From positions 30,050,299-30,114,298 of the forward strand of contig NC_134025.1 in NCBI RefSeq assembly GCF_964204645.1: a stretch of DNA of 64,000 nt, written 5' to 3'. How positions within the stretch are numbered: position 1 is the stretch's first letter; every line of letters begins with the position of its first letter. This document shows, one piece after another, positions 1-14,079 of this stretch. The notes below the pieces were generated by a model. It made no database searches. It was not told where the DNA came from and saw only the letters and a list, made by a program, of their open reading frames with translations. A program made the translations under genes and the position numbers. This DNA is from Tubulanus polymorphus (taxonomy: Eukaryota; Animalia; Nemertea).

Positions 1-1935
1 TAATTTATCACATCCACTCGGCAGAAATAATGGAATTAATTGAATTGGTATTAATTCCTAGGTCGTATATGTTTCTCGTTTCGACGAGTGTTCTGCCGTT
101 AGAACGAGTCGATACTCAAGGGCTGGCAATATTGTGTCTACTGACTACTAATATGTTGTCATATTTTTTCGCTAACGGCCAGAATCTCCATACAACTACC
201 GTTCTCTCTTCCTATCGCATATAGAAAATCATTGGCAACGCATCGGCTCGCTAGCGTGAAATCTCTCTGAAATTACTGCGCCGAGTTCGTGCACTATTTG
301 TTCTAATCGGTCATATACGCTTCAGGCGACGAACCGTCCCGTCATCGCCGACACTGTTATTTGTATTATCAACCGTCGACATTTTTATTATAAACTATTG
401 CCCGAAAAAAGCGGAACAGACGTCGCTAATATTGCGATCTCTTATATATGAGTTATCGAACGAATAACACAGCGAAACATACTGAGAAATCTAATAAAGA
501 CAATAAACACATAAATATTGCCAAACTGGCTGAAACTGTATTATATACAAGTCCATCTGAAGTTATTATCATGCGTGAATAATTCTAATTACGTCATCCC
601 AAGACACATAGCCGGTCAGGGACGTATTTGTACTTGTACTTATGCCTCACGAGGCAATGTCAACTACGTGGTGATATTGTGTAAAGATCCGTCTATAGAA
701 AGACGGTCAGTTACAAGAGAACATGTCTTAATTGTCCAGAAAACAGTGCATTCCGTGACTCACAGCAGGATCTACTCGGAACGCTCAAAACAAATATTCA
801 CTTTCTAACCGCGTATATTTCTAGTAATGCTTCGTCCGATTTAGCTGCCAGTTTATATCTGTTTAAAAGTATGTTAACGAAATAAAATGCCCACAGAGGG
901 GGTAAAGACACGCGTAGAAATCGTTCGACTTCGTTAGGTGGTCGGTTTTGTATTCGAATATCGAACAAAAGAATGGCGAGAAAACTCGAGCGAATCTCGT
1001 CTTATATTGGGATGGTGATCGCGCTTGAGGCGGCATAACCGAGTCAGAGCACACAGGATTTCAATGTGGAAACTTCTAATCAATCAGTGTATGCTGGAAT
1101 ATATAGAGCTGAAGAGCCAGCTCAACTTCACGACATCGATGTCAAATTGCCAACAGCAATTACGCACTGATAGTTGAAGCAGGTCTGTCAGCAGGTTCGT
1201 GGCCGATTACATATCCGGTCGTGGATTCCAATTGCCGTTGTTGCATCATAACTCGAGTGAGCTAAATATCTCAGTAATGTTATATAGTATTAAACTATAT
1301 GATAATTCGGCTGAAACTGAATGAACCTAGGATCAGACAAACACACCTGTAGATATATCATCAGTATTTCGTTCATGTACTATATGACAAGTGGATGGAA
1401 CCGTAATCATTAATGTTTATTAAATATCTCACGGCCCACTTGCGGGTGTAGTATGACGAGCCCTTGAGAGTGAACAGTTAATAGTTTCAGTTATTGGATA
1501 CTGCATGATTGTGCACAAGTAGTATTTCTGACCTCAATAATATTCTGAGCTGTGTAAATTTATTTTTTCCCCGAAATTTGTCTTTTTCTACAATTAATAA
1601 CAAGTTTCGGAGTCGATTTTAATTAGAATACAGTTCGCGAAAGGATATTAAAAACATTCCAAAATATCCTGTACGCCAACACGTTCATCATAAGTGCAAC
1701 ATACTTATTTTTCCAAAAAAGTTTCTTTTTTTCACGATTTAGAAACTAATACAAACGCGACATAGACTATAACTGTAAGATCTAAGAATTGCAAAATGTT
1801 CTCTTGGTGTTAACAAAATTCAATAACCATTGTTTTAATATTCTTTAGTACTAAAAACACTAAGATTCATTGGTATTCGTTTACCAATTGCGAAAGGGAT
1901 GAAAGGCGACCTACAAATATAACAGTTACTAAGAT

Positions 1936-1983
1936 CATGAACGTATAAACTAGAAATTCATCTATCTAGTTTATACGTCCATG
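1936..1983. mobile_element. 48-bp palindromic micro-MITE with 7-bp TSD (P-superfamily-like ends)
   Basis: CATGAACGTATAAACTAGA...TCTAGTTTATACGTCCATG flanked by direct repeat CTAAGAT (1929-1935, 1984-1990). Confidence 0.75.
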
Positions 1984-2609
1984 CTAAGATCTATGAATCC
2001 GCATATGATTTGCAAATCCTTTCCCAGATATTGATACGATACGTGTGCATACCGATAACAAGATACCGAGTATTCATTGTTTATAGGTTTTATACGCGTA
2101 GGTGACCGATTGACCCCCGCATCTCTCGTCACCGTTCACGGAAATGTTTTCGAAAATTATTGACGAGATTTTCATTCCAGATTTATTGATGATTATTGGA
2201 ATGATAGACCCAGAGGAGATTTTCTTGTTGTATTCTGTATGTTATAACATTGACCGAGGCAGCGACGCCAACGAATTGTAATAAAACCAAGAATTATTAA
2301 TCATGATGGAGGCGATGGTGAAGGTGGCATTCCTGGACCCTGACGACGTCACTAGTTAAGGAATTCCGGAGTAGATCTGATTATATACATCGTATTTGCT
2401 GTCAACGTATTTTATTATAGACAAACGTCAAAATCAAATCATCATTCACTACAATCGATCTGCAAACATGAGTTCTTTTAAAATGAAAATTAACGATGTT
2501 TTCCAGAAAGGAATTAGTTCGTGTTGTTGAAAGGTTGGGACGTTTCAGTGATTGTAATATGTTTTACAAAACGCGGGAAGGCGTATCTCTGACGATTTCA
2601 ATTTAAGAC

Positions 2610-2747
2610 GATATTCGAACCTGAGTCTCGCGTGTCAACCAATAATAGAACTTCAGAACTTCTCCACCAATATAACGATTAAGTTACTGGCTCTCACCGG
2701 CCCGGGTTTCGGACACAATCAGAAAGCATGCTAACCAGTAGACCAAT
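2610..2747 (-). mobile_element. tRNA-derived SINE remnant
   Basis: Minus strand reads TGGTCTACTGGTTAGCATGCT, with a B box GGTTCGAAT further on. Confidence 0.4.
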
Positions 2748-5700
2748 AGAATTAACCCATCTAAGCCAATAGTTATACAACTTCATTTAGTATTCGCGTA
2801 TCACCGCGCATTAAATTTCAACATATAAATATGTATTAATGAGATGTAATTTTAATCAAATTATCTAATGAATCAAGAGTAATGATGATGTGATGGATGC
2901 TGGGGAAGTTACAGACAACTCCTGTTGTAGAGGTCTAAATTGACTTGTGAACAAGCTACTGTCAAGCGCAACAAACATTGTCAAGTACAACTTTCCCGGC
3001 AACATTTACGTTATAAATTCATATGTTCTCTACGAAATATATATGTATGTGTATCATAAACTAAATGTATCTGGTTTACGTGGCAATTATTCGAGTAGTC
3101 CTGACTGTTAGAAATTTATACAACTGAATATGATATTAAACTTTGACAAACAAATCACTGCATGTCTCTATATAATGACGTATACTAGACTCATGTTCAC
3201 ACGAGGAGTGTATTAAGTGAATATCAATTAGAATATCCGACGACTTTTTTAAAATTACGTTGTACATCACCTAGATACCCTACACTTATGATGCTGTTGA
3301 CGTAACGCCCAAAAGAGTCAAGGTCACTAGTCGGCTCATATGACTTGACGACAACTCGTGTCCTGTCAAGAGTCTACGTGGCAAGACCAGCAAAACAATT
3401 ACAAAAACGATTTTCGATGTAGTTTGTCAGTTGTCGGTAAATAATATGTATTTCGTCGCTCATTCGACATGTTTTATTGTGCGATCAAGTACTACTTTAA
3501 CGCCTACTCATACTGTACGTTTGTATGGACGTGAGTCGAGGCGAAGTGTGAAAATTACCGGACATCTCGACACTTCATTGAACTGTGTAAAAGAATGAGA
3601 ATTCCATGGGAATAAAAACATTACAAGATTCCGTTATACTGTCCAGATTTGAGTACAAACGTACGTTATATATGACAAAAGTAACAATTCTTGTTGTAAT
3701 CTTGGTATCTCTGAAGGTTATAGGATGTAGTCGAAATAAATTAAGCAAACCTTTCAGAATCTTTATCTTTTGTATTGTAAGATTTTATCGTATGTCATCG
3801 TTACCATGTATAGGGGCAGAGTGTTTCAGTTAGATTATGTAGGTGTAGGTCTTTATCGGTAAAGAAGAACTAGTTAGTGAAATGGCCATAAGTCTCGGCT
3901 GCTGGCACGTTTACAAATGCCACCTTTTAGAACATACCAAAAGATGTTTCGATCAAGCTCAGAAATGTAGTTCGATGGACTTTTTCTGTTGGTTGGTTGG
4001 TTAGCAGCGACCTACGAGAGATGATGTAGCATCGGCATAGTTTTGTGAGAAGTAAATTACCATCTAACCGAGAATCAATCAAACACTGAACAATAAGGCT
4101 GTCATTACCGCAAGAGCACTAGTTACCAAATAAATTACCGCAAGCTTTCAGCAGGCACTCGGTTGCAGCCAACCACGACATCATCTCCAACAACGAAGCG
4201 TCGTAGATAAAATTACTACGTCACTTTTCAATGAGATTTTTTGCCCCGGTGTCCGCCCGGCCCGGAAGTGATTTCGGTTTTATATCCGCCATAGAAATGA
4301 GTAAACCCTGCGCCACTTCCTCGTTGGAAACCGTTATCGAAGAGGTTTCAACGACACCAATAAATAAAGAGGAATACTTTGAAATCATCTTAAACGACAG
4401 AGAAAGCAGTCACGTGCTGATGGTGTATGAATAAGTGGTAATTCAATGAACGTTTGTATATTTTCGATATCGTGTTTGTAAAATATCATTGATAATTCGT
4501 TGATAATAAAATCCATGTGAAATATGGCCATTGGTTTCATAAAGAGACAACTAAAACTAGTTTGATTAAAAGCTTTGATGAACAAATGGGTTTTGAGATT
4601 AGATTTGAAAACATCAATTCATTGTCTGTGTTTTATTGGACGAGGTTAAGTATTCCACTAACTGGTGGATAGTACGAGGACTGACTGAGACTAGATTAAC
4701 ACGGGGATGATTTATCAAAATCAAAAAACCCCTTAAGTGATTATACGTTATATTGATGTGTTTTGCATCAGAAATTAACGGTGTTATCAATGTTGTTTGT
4801 TTGGTTTATCCAAGGTTAGACGTAGGTTAAATGGTATATATGAAATGCCCGGATCAACAGCCTCGATTCCGGAAAGTATCGGGCAACTACTTTTGTTTTG
4901 GTCAACGGAGGGAAATAGATTAATTTACAGAATCAATATAGCTACGAAAATCCGATGTCCACAAATCATGATTTATTATGTATTGGACAAGCATTTTTGT
5001 CATGTTTGGATACCCGCAGATATCGCGCCCCTGTGCGTCGCGGAATATTTGTTCCTTTCGTGGCCAATCTCTCGCGAGTGCGAGAAACTACGTACGATCC
5101 CCGATCCGTAAAAATCTATTTCTAACCGGCGACTCGTGAAACCGAGATGCATGATTTGAATATTTGCCGTACGACATTCTGACAATTTTAATTACAACAT
5201 GAAGAGTCTACTTAAACTTCGATTTGTCAATGTTCCCGATCGAGCGAGATCGCGGTCCTATCTTGTCTATTTCAATTTATCGAATCGCCGTTTTGCCGCA
5301 TCGAAAACTGACACTGGAACCCGATTCAAAGCACTAGAGATATCGCGATATATTCTTGATTATTCGGTTTGTTTCATCCCATCTTTATTTTTTTCTGTAG
5401 AAATTATTGATTTAATCAATTATCCCGACAGGACGCGCCGTTACGCTGATTATAAGAAATCTGCTGTGAAGCATTTGTATTCCACGAGAAATCCGTGTGT
5501 TACATGAATGAATGCTAACCGAATGAAACCCGGTTAATTTACACAGAATGCTTAAGCGCATCCAAATAACAAATATTCGCAGTTTATATGCAACGGCGCG
5601 CGATGAATCTAACAAGAAAATTACTACCGTGTTTTTGTTGAAGTCTTTCTGTGTATTTCGAAAAGTAAACGTAAGAATGGTCATTGAAAGTCTTCAATGG

Positions 5701-8464
5701 AGCGAACAGTGCAGGCACTTTAATCAAAATTCCATTAAAAACCCATCTATATTTTGGTGTAAATTAACTAGTTTGATGACAGGGAAAAAAGGTCAACCAA
5801 TCTCATAATTAAATTCAAGTGAATGCTGTGCTACCAACCACCAATTGTAGAAATGCTTGGTTTATTACTTCTTATTTGTGCTTCCTTTTAGGAGAGAATA
5901 ACAATGTTTAAATTCCTGTTCACAAAAAATTCATAAAGACTTAAGTCTAATAGTGTCAAGTGATCAAATGAATTTAACAAAAATTACATCTTAGTCATAA
6001 CTAACATATATATCTATGGTTTTAGAAACAAACAAATCTGTGTATATAAGCGTTTCAACTATGCTTTACCCCGATACCATTTCTAGCAGAAAATGTATCA
6101 TGTCGGTTACTTGTTTTACCCATTTATGTCATTGATATTGGCTTCACATCCAGAATATTTCGATAGAAATCGCTCAGACACAAAAGCGTTCGTCGATATC
6201 CCAAGATATTGAGATATTCGGAGCGAGCGAGAGACCGATTTTAAGAAGATTAAGAAGAAGTCCCAGAAAATCAAAGAAATAAATATTCTTAAGATTTACA
6301 GTAATGCAATGAACTTTCATAAATGTCAAATTGGAACCGGCATATAATGTCAGAAATGGTTAATGTACAGTGTATCTCAATTCTTACCTTTGATTGAATC
6401 TACATATTCCAGATATAGTTCATATTATCCGAATTTTTCGAGACACCGGTACGTCACATAATGAGCCACCGTCGTCACGTGATAGACAGACAGCGGTGAA
6501 CTTTAAAGACACGTATGAAGTATATTTGTAAGACATATATCAATTAAATGCGTTTATATTGATTGTTTGACCATGTCAGTTGATTTAAGCACATTAAATG
6601 CGCTTTCAAAAGTTCAAGAGACGTTTAGACGTAAGATTATAAACAGAATAGACCTACTCGGGAAATAGTGTGATTAGGAAAGATAATCAGTTATCAATTT
6701 TCACTACAACATATGAATCCTTCTACGGCGCGATATTAGCTGAGTGAGAAATTCACAAGAAATTATGGTAAAATTCTGAGAAATATTCTACTTAATGTTT
6801 TGTTTGTTCGGTGAATATTTTTCGTTTGCTCATAAGTTGCGTAGACTGTAATATTGTGGTTATTTATGTACAACATCGCGCCACAAATAGCAATATTCAA
6901 TCAGGCATTGATAGAATTCTTAGCAGCAAACTGTTATTAAAACTGGTTCAACGACACAACGGTCACTAACGTAATGTCACCACACAGATATCCCATTAGT
7001 AAAGGAATTCGACGGCGAATTCCAGAAATATCCGACTTTTAAGACCCACCAAGCGCGGCGTTAAGACGAAAATGTGCGTGCGTGCAATTGCAGTTTGCGT
7101 CGAGCACATAAAAACTTCTTTTTCAAATTAGTTTCAGTCAAACATCATAAGGATATTCGTGTCATTTCAATGCATGCAAAATAGGATTGCAGTGGTACAC
7201 TAGGGAGTCGTATCCACTGTGTGGGAAACCACACTTATCGAAACTAATGCGTAAATTCCAATTCTACCTAATGCTAATGGACCTGGCCTTAATTACAATT
7301 GATATAATTCAAGTCTCGAAAATGATATATCGAACTTACATTCGCCGTGTAATAATTTATTATTTAATTTCAATATACGAGCGCGTTTTGTCGGTTTATG
7401 TGTCTAACGAAGATTAAACATGTCAAGTTATTACGACACGTTTTTTCGAGGAAATTCGACGCTAATGAAAAATAAAGAAAAAAACAAAATATAATTTAAA
7501 TTCGGAATGATATTCGACTGGGAACCCGAACGATGAGGATCGTATCATATCAATCTTTGCTCGTATTCATTTTCACTATTTCTTTCCTCTGAGGGTTTAA
7601 GAATTCATTATTAAGTTCGGTGACCGCGGCTTTGAGCGTTTTTCTAACATTTCCTCGTCACACAACCGGACGAATGTGCAATAAAACACAGACATATATA
7701 CCACACATGTCTGTTTATTGCGCCACTTGTATTGAGGGAGCGATCAAGCAATCGTTCGGAAAATATGAAATACGTGTATAAACCTTATATGAGTTGGAGG
7801 TAGATCGTTTTGGCAGGAGTTGTATCGGAATTTGATGGTGGAATGTCTGTCTTCGTAAAGCCGGAGAAAGAACGTTCAACTATTCCTAGTGTACTACATC
7901 CCTGCAGCTTCCAGTGTTTAATTAATTGGTCCAGTACATATAGTTCTGTGTTTGAAGAGCACGCATAACATGGTGCTCGAGTTTTACTAGATAATTATTG
8001 TCAGTAACAATTTCTGCTCTCTCCGTTTTAAATTTAGACATTATCGCCGCGGCCTGTCAAGATTAACGGGGAAACCGATGGGATCTATAACATTCAGTCG
8101 ATCTCAATCGTAACATCATATTATTCAGTACGCATAATTATTCTAACGAGAAGAATAAACAAATATATATATACAATATATTTACACATGTTTATTACGC
8201 TACGCTACTGAATTTTAAATATACGAAGGACATCGAGTATAGATTGACTGAATATATTAATAGAAATCGATGTATTCTTTAACGGCTACTGCAGAATAGT
8301 CGCAATACCTCAGTGGAGAATGGCTGAATGTGTAGAAGAAATGATAAGCTATGATCATTTCCCAATATGTTTAGATTAAATTATGTATTCCTGATTGATT
8401 CGATGTAATGTACCAAATGTCATGGAACTATTCTACTTTCAATGTTAAATGTTTTGTCATGTAA

Positions 8465-8632
8465 CTTGTAGGTATGAATGGGGTATGAATGTGCGTGAGT
8501 GTGAGAGTGGGCGACTGGGCCCTTCAGGTAATAAGTTTATGTTAACTTCACCAGTCCTACAGCGTCTTATATTACATTATTTTGTATCTATTCCTGCTGC
8601 TTCATATTGCAATTTAAATCGCGAATAAAACA
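8465..8632 (+). mobile_element. Probable 3' end of a truncated LINE (L2/CR1-group-like tail)
   Basis: GACTGG...ATAAG...CCAGTC hairpin, T-rich UTR and terminal AATAAA; no ORF retained. Confidence 0.35.
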
Positions 8633-8798
8633 TATACACGAATTATTTTCGAACCGATAACGAACACGTCCATTAAAACGCGTATCGTTTTCATCAATTC
8701 GTTTTCGTGCCATTTCACTGCATTAATCGATCTTTGAGTTAATTGCATTAGCTACTTTTCCGCGGTGTCGTCCGCATTGACACCGAGAGAAATATTAC

Positions 8799-8863
8799 CC
8801 GTCCTCGTCACCGTCCTCGTCACCGTCCTCGTCACCGTCCTCGTCATCGTCCTCGTCCTCATC
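8799..8863. repeat. 12-bp tandem repeat (CCGTCCTCGTCA)n
   Basis: About 5 copies directly visible; gives the spurious DEDG-repeat ORF 8795-9007. Confidence 0.9.
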
Positions 8864-11305
8864 GGGTGAAGCCGCCGTATAAAACAATATTGCACTGATA
8901 TTCAAAATCATTATTAATAAACTCGAAAAAAAACGGAAAGACAAACTCGAGACGCAGACAAGCATCATCCGTTTTACAAGTTTTCTACTGTATGTATAGA
9001 ATTTCACGGACTGTTTTTAAAGTTCTGATCGTCGAATGCACTCCATAATAATAATACGGATGTAATGGGTTTTTACCATGACCGTATAAAATACCACTAT
9101 TTCAAGAATCGCAAATTTCGACTCCTACTGAAAAGGATATTTACACAAGCTGTTCTGCGTTTATTTTAATGTTTCTATTACCCGACTGATTAGCTGTCAA
9201 AATGTCGCTGTAATTAAACTTAATTTAATTTCGTCGCAACAAATTAAGATGAAGATTTTATCTCTATTTGCCCGGCACAATTACGGCACAAGATGATAAC
9301 CACCGAGAAGTACATATAAAGAAATAGATAACGGGAAATCTAAGCTCCAGTGTTGACTGTCTGACTGCAGGAGTCCCGGCGTCACTAGTAACGTCACGGT
9401 TATAATTTACAGCATATGGTTTACCAGACTTGTAGCAGATGTTCATTTTATATTTTCGAAGAATTCAAGCCCGGGGCAAAACTTGAAACGTGGATAGACG
9501 TTGGTTAGAAACTTGATTATTAAGTTGCATTAACATGAGGTTTCGTGCAAAATATCAGACGCGATGTCGGTGATTTCATATGACGGTAACATAAAACTTT
9601 GCATTAAAAATTGTATAATAGTCAGAGGGATACAGTTCCATAGTTTCACAGATGTGACTTGAAGTATGAAATAATTTTGGCTGTTGATTCTGGTTGTTGA
9701 TATAGAACTGGCTCCTTATATTTAAAGCTCAAAATCTGCATCTGCCTTAATAACACTTCAATCCGTGTTTCTATTACAGACAAAATATCTTAATCGCGAA
9801 TTTAATTGCGTTGAACACTGGGTCGGATTACTAACAGATTTCGGACGTGATTGAGGGATCGAAACGCTCAATCTTCGCGTTCTTAAATACCTGATGTTTT
9901 CTGTTTTAGAATAGACGCAATTTGGTCCGAATTAGAATTTCATAAACTTTCAAGCACACAATGAAACTGTTTTGAAGTTGATTCTACAGATGTTGTATTT
10001 CTGCGATGAAGAAATTATGATAAGAAAAACATTGTATATTGATAAATGACTACATCTATATATGTACGCTGTGAGATCCTACCTTTATACATTAATTAAA
10101 CAGCTTTATTATTATCCTGTATACAATATAAACTTCTATCAGTTCCTTATGTATGATAATCCGCCGTATAAACACATAACGATGCGGACTAGTAGCGAGT
10201 ACCTCAGAATCGCGCGCCGACCAACTGCCACATCAGTACAGCGCCATCTAGACTCGTTCAGCCGAGTCACTCGATGCCGCGAAACCCAATAAAACCTATT
10301 GGAATTGATTATTATCGCCACAAACAGCAGCTACCGCGAATGATTAATATGGAATTTTCTTTAAAAGCATAACAACCATAACAACAACGCGGCGGTGATT
10401 GCGGCAGCGGCCACAACTCTGACTTACAAAATTATATTGCACGTCTACCGGAAGTTGACGTCGCATATGAACGCGACTATTAACTGACGTGACCGGCATG
10501 CGAACGATCAGAATTTCTATTTCAAAAGCGCGTTCGGCTAGCGGTTCATTTTAAAACATCCGTTCTCTTCTATTATCGACAACGGTTATCGCTAATAACC
10601 ATAAAATGCGCCGGACTCTTTTCAGGTTCAGGAGGCGGCAGAGGTGGCGTTAAAACGAAGGCTGTGTCAATTCGATGTCCTGCCGTGATTTCACCGTGTG
10701 ATTCCTACCATCGTCTTTTCGCTCTCATCAAACGACATTTTCCCACGAAAATCGTTCGTTATCAATTCCGAGAATTCGGGTATTGAATGTTCTCCGTGTC
10801 TTTGCATTTTCCGCGCTAAAACACGTGTAGATTATATTGGCCAAGAAACATCATATATTTGTTTGAATATCCATCAATCACGCATTAACTTATTTGTACT
10901 GGAGCCATTCCCCGCGGCAAATATATCCATTATTTACTTATTTAGAAGAACATTTACTATATACATCGATGATCTGTCACAAATTTAGTGAAATGGTCTC
11001 AAGACGGGTATTGATCAACTCGATTTGATGCGGTTTTTATTCCGTATATCTGACATACTTCGACACCAATCGCGAATGCGTCAGTATATTAAAACTACAG
11101 TCCGCACAGGTGACTATAATCCGGTATGCAGAAGCTAATTCCCTGCGCGTTCATAAAATCAATTATCGTTTTAATTGATTAACGTGGTCAATCAGGGCTC
11201 CAACAGTTTTTGGTTGAACCTGAGGTCAAAGGTGAACAAATAGTAGCTGAAATGTAACCATAAAATCCCACATTATCAAAACTATCGTCGTCACCTTCTC
11301 CATGT

Positions 11306-11380
11306 GCAGTGGTTGGTCCGTGGTCAGCATGCTCGCCTGCTGCGCACTAGCTCCGGGTTCGAACCTCAGCCGGTTTCCCT
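11306..11380 (+). mobile_element. tRNA-derived SINE head
   Basis: A-box-like TGGTCCGTGGTCAGCATGCT and B box GGTTCGAACC; does not fold into a complete cloverleaf. Confidence 0.55.
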
Positions 11381-13917
11381 GATCGCGAACTTCTAGCACT
11401 TACGTATGTAGTATCATTTTTTCTAAATCCACGGCGATGTAATTTGAAAGCGATTTTTTCTCAGAATCGTAATCGATCACAAGACGGAAGACTATTTATA
11501 AATCTGTCTTGGTAAGTTAAAGTTTTCCGCAGCAGTTCTGTCGCTGTGCGCATTACATAGAAACACATGTGAATAACTGATTATTGAACTGGGACGGATC
11601 AAAACTGGATGATAGGTGTTTCATTTCCCTACAGACACACAATCAATTAGTCGACTCGTTTTACGTAGTCGAGTGTGACATTAAAGACAAAAGTATTTCT
11701 CGATTCATCTACAGGATTCATTAGAGAACCCGGTATAACACCTGGGGGTAATTCAAAGTCCGCTTTGACGCCGTGGTGTCATCGGATGATCGGGAACTGA
11801 CAGCAAACCATTGACTTGAGAACAGTTTTTATAGGATAATAACGCCAACCGTTTAATCAATTTTCCCATCGACGCTTTTGACAGAAATAATAGAAGCGGC
11901 GAACGTGACCCCAAATATTAATCACGTATACGGGAAACCTAGGCATCGTGCCGACCTGATTAAAAATTCCGTAGAACCAGTGACGACAGTTTTCGGGACA
12001 GAAATCGACCAATATCGCGACGAGTAGTACAGCAATAAATATTTCATAGTCACCTGGACGGATATGGCACGAGGGCTGTCCTCGACTAATTGGGTTGCCG
12101 TTCCGTGTAGAGCTTATCATTTATCAACTCTGCCATTCGCATTCACTAGCATCTATCTTGTTTATCTTAACATCCCGCAGGCTAACACGAGCTGTCATCA
12201 TCTTAAATTCGATTTTTTTCACACCGGCTTCATATAACGTATGGGCTAATACGAAAAACAAACTAGCCATACAAAAAAAAGAATATTTCATTATACGCTA
12301 TTATATTGGGACAGTACAAGTATCGATACAGACCTTTTGGCCATTCTACTCTCCCCGCGACGGGTCTTAGTTTTGAGTTACGGACATAAATTTACCAACA
12401 AGATTCGATATCATTTTTGACCTGCTTGTATCGACACACCACACTCAACAAGGTATAAGTGACGACCAAAAGCAATCTTAAATCGAAAAGTTTTCTTAGA
12501 TATAAGACTGATGTTTAGTTTTCAGATTGGGCATAGAAGTAAGATTGTCTTAAGGCTGGCTTATGTCGACAAGCAACGCGACGCCTACCGACTCCTACCG
12601 ACGCAACTGAGAGCAACCGCAATCGCAGCCCAGCTTATGTCGACTGCGCTCCGATTCGCAGCAACTGAGGCCGACTAGCGGGATATGAGATCCTCCCAGT
12701 TGCTTCCCTGCTTATGTCGGTTGCGATTACTAGCAACTGTAACGGCTCAAATGGTCACGTGATAAGCACTTTGAGAATAAATTTGAATTATTAGGAAATA
12801 TATATATCTATTAGAAAAGCTATTTCTTTAAGACTTTGATCTTTCTGATTCTGTTTTGAATACAACGTGCTAGCGACATCTATAAAGATGGCCGCTCACA
12901 CCATAATTCTACCAATTTCGTTTCTAGATCTTAGACTATTAGTCGTATCGGAACCGGCTCCTGCGACTTGTTTAGTGTGTGTTTATTTGCGTTGTCTGTA
13001 TATTTTAAATATGTCGTATTCTTTTTGACTGCGACTAAAGTAGTCTCCTTGTCACAGTTTGTAAATGTCACCTCTGACGTCACGAGACTGAAAAATAGTC
13101 GCACTCGCGCTCAACCGGTTGATACTAATACGTTTTGTTCAGTATTCGTCTCCTCGAGTTATTACCAGCCCATTTTCGCCTGCGTTAAGATAATCTCCCG
13201 GCTTATTCGTAATGAAAAACATGATACGTCGCCATTATGATATTTTTCTCAAATGTTTTCTGGTTTTTGAAGTTTCATGTATTGATCTTCGCGTATTATA
13301 GAAAGGTAACTGTATACGATAATAAATACATCTCGCGCCTCTGTCTCCTCTCCGAACAAAACGTGTATTGTGAGAACCGCGTCGCGGGGTAAACTTTCTT
13401 AGAACTTCGGCGATTAGTTACTATTTTTATGAAAATGATCACTGGGATGATATTTCAGATGGAAATCATTACGGTGGTGGATGGATGGAAACGACGCGCT
13501 GCATATCGATCGTTCTATCGCCACAATGGATTTGTTTTCTTTTGAATTATCAGTAAAAAGTCGGATAATATCCCCCGATACATGACGGTACAATCTACGC
13601 GGAATTAGTTGCGCATAGTCGATTCTAAAATAAGTCTGACGTCACAGAGATAGAATTCGAAGGCGAGAACTTCCTAGATTTCATTTGATTTTACAAATTG
13701 AAGGTGGGACCTTCGTTAACTATAAGCTTTGACAAGACGACATGATTATATTGGCCCCTATTTTCACCGCATGGCCAGGAATTATTGCTTATCGTTGCTA
13801 GTCTTTCTAGTTAAGAATCGCTCAAGATGCTCGCAGAGAATGTTCAATTTTACGATTTCCTTGGCAAGGACCCTCACCCACCCCCTTTGCTGTTTACGTA
13901 TAATGTACATGTATATA

Positions 13918-14079
13918 CACTTGAACCTCGTTAATATGACTCTGTTAAAGGTGAAACCCTTTTACGATGGTGACCAGCATGTCCCAGATAACATCAATCC
14001 AGAATTGGAAAATACGAAACCCGTTTGATACGACATTTTCACTTTTGCCTACAAGATTCGTACTAACGAGGTTTCACTT
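13918..14079. mobile_element. Tc1/mariner (pogo/Tigger-like) MITE
   Basis: TA-flanked TIRs CACTTGAACCTCGTTA / TAACGAGGTTTCACTT. Confidence 0.6.

Noticed and set aside
8795-9007. ORF ending in DEDG repeats
   Set aside because: Produced by a 12-bp tandem repeat; no splice or homology support.
11306-11380. Functional tRNA gene
   Set aside because: A and B boxes are present but there is no proper acceptor or anticodon stem pairing; related degenerate copies indicate a SINE.
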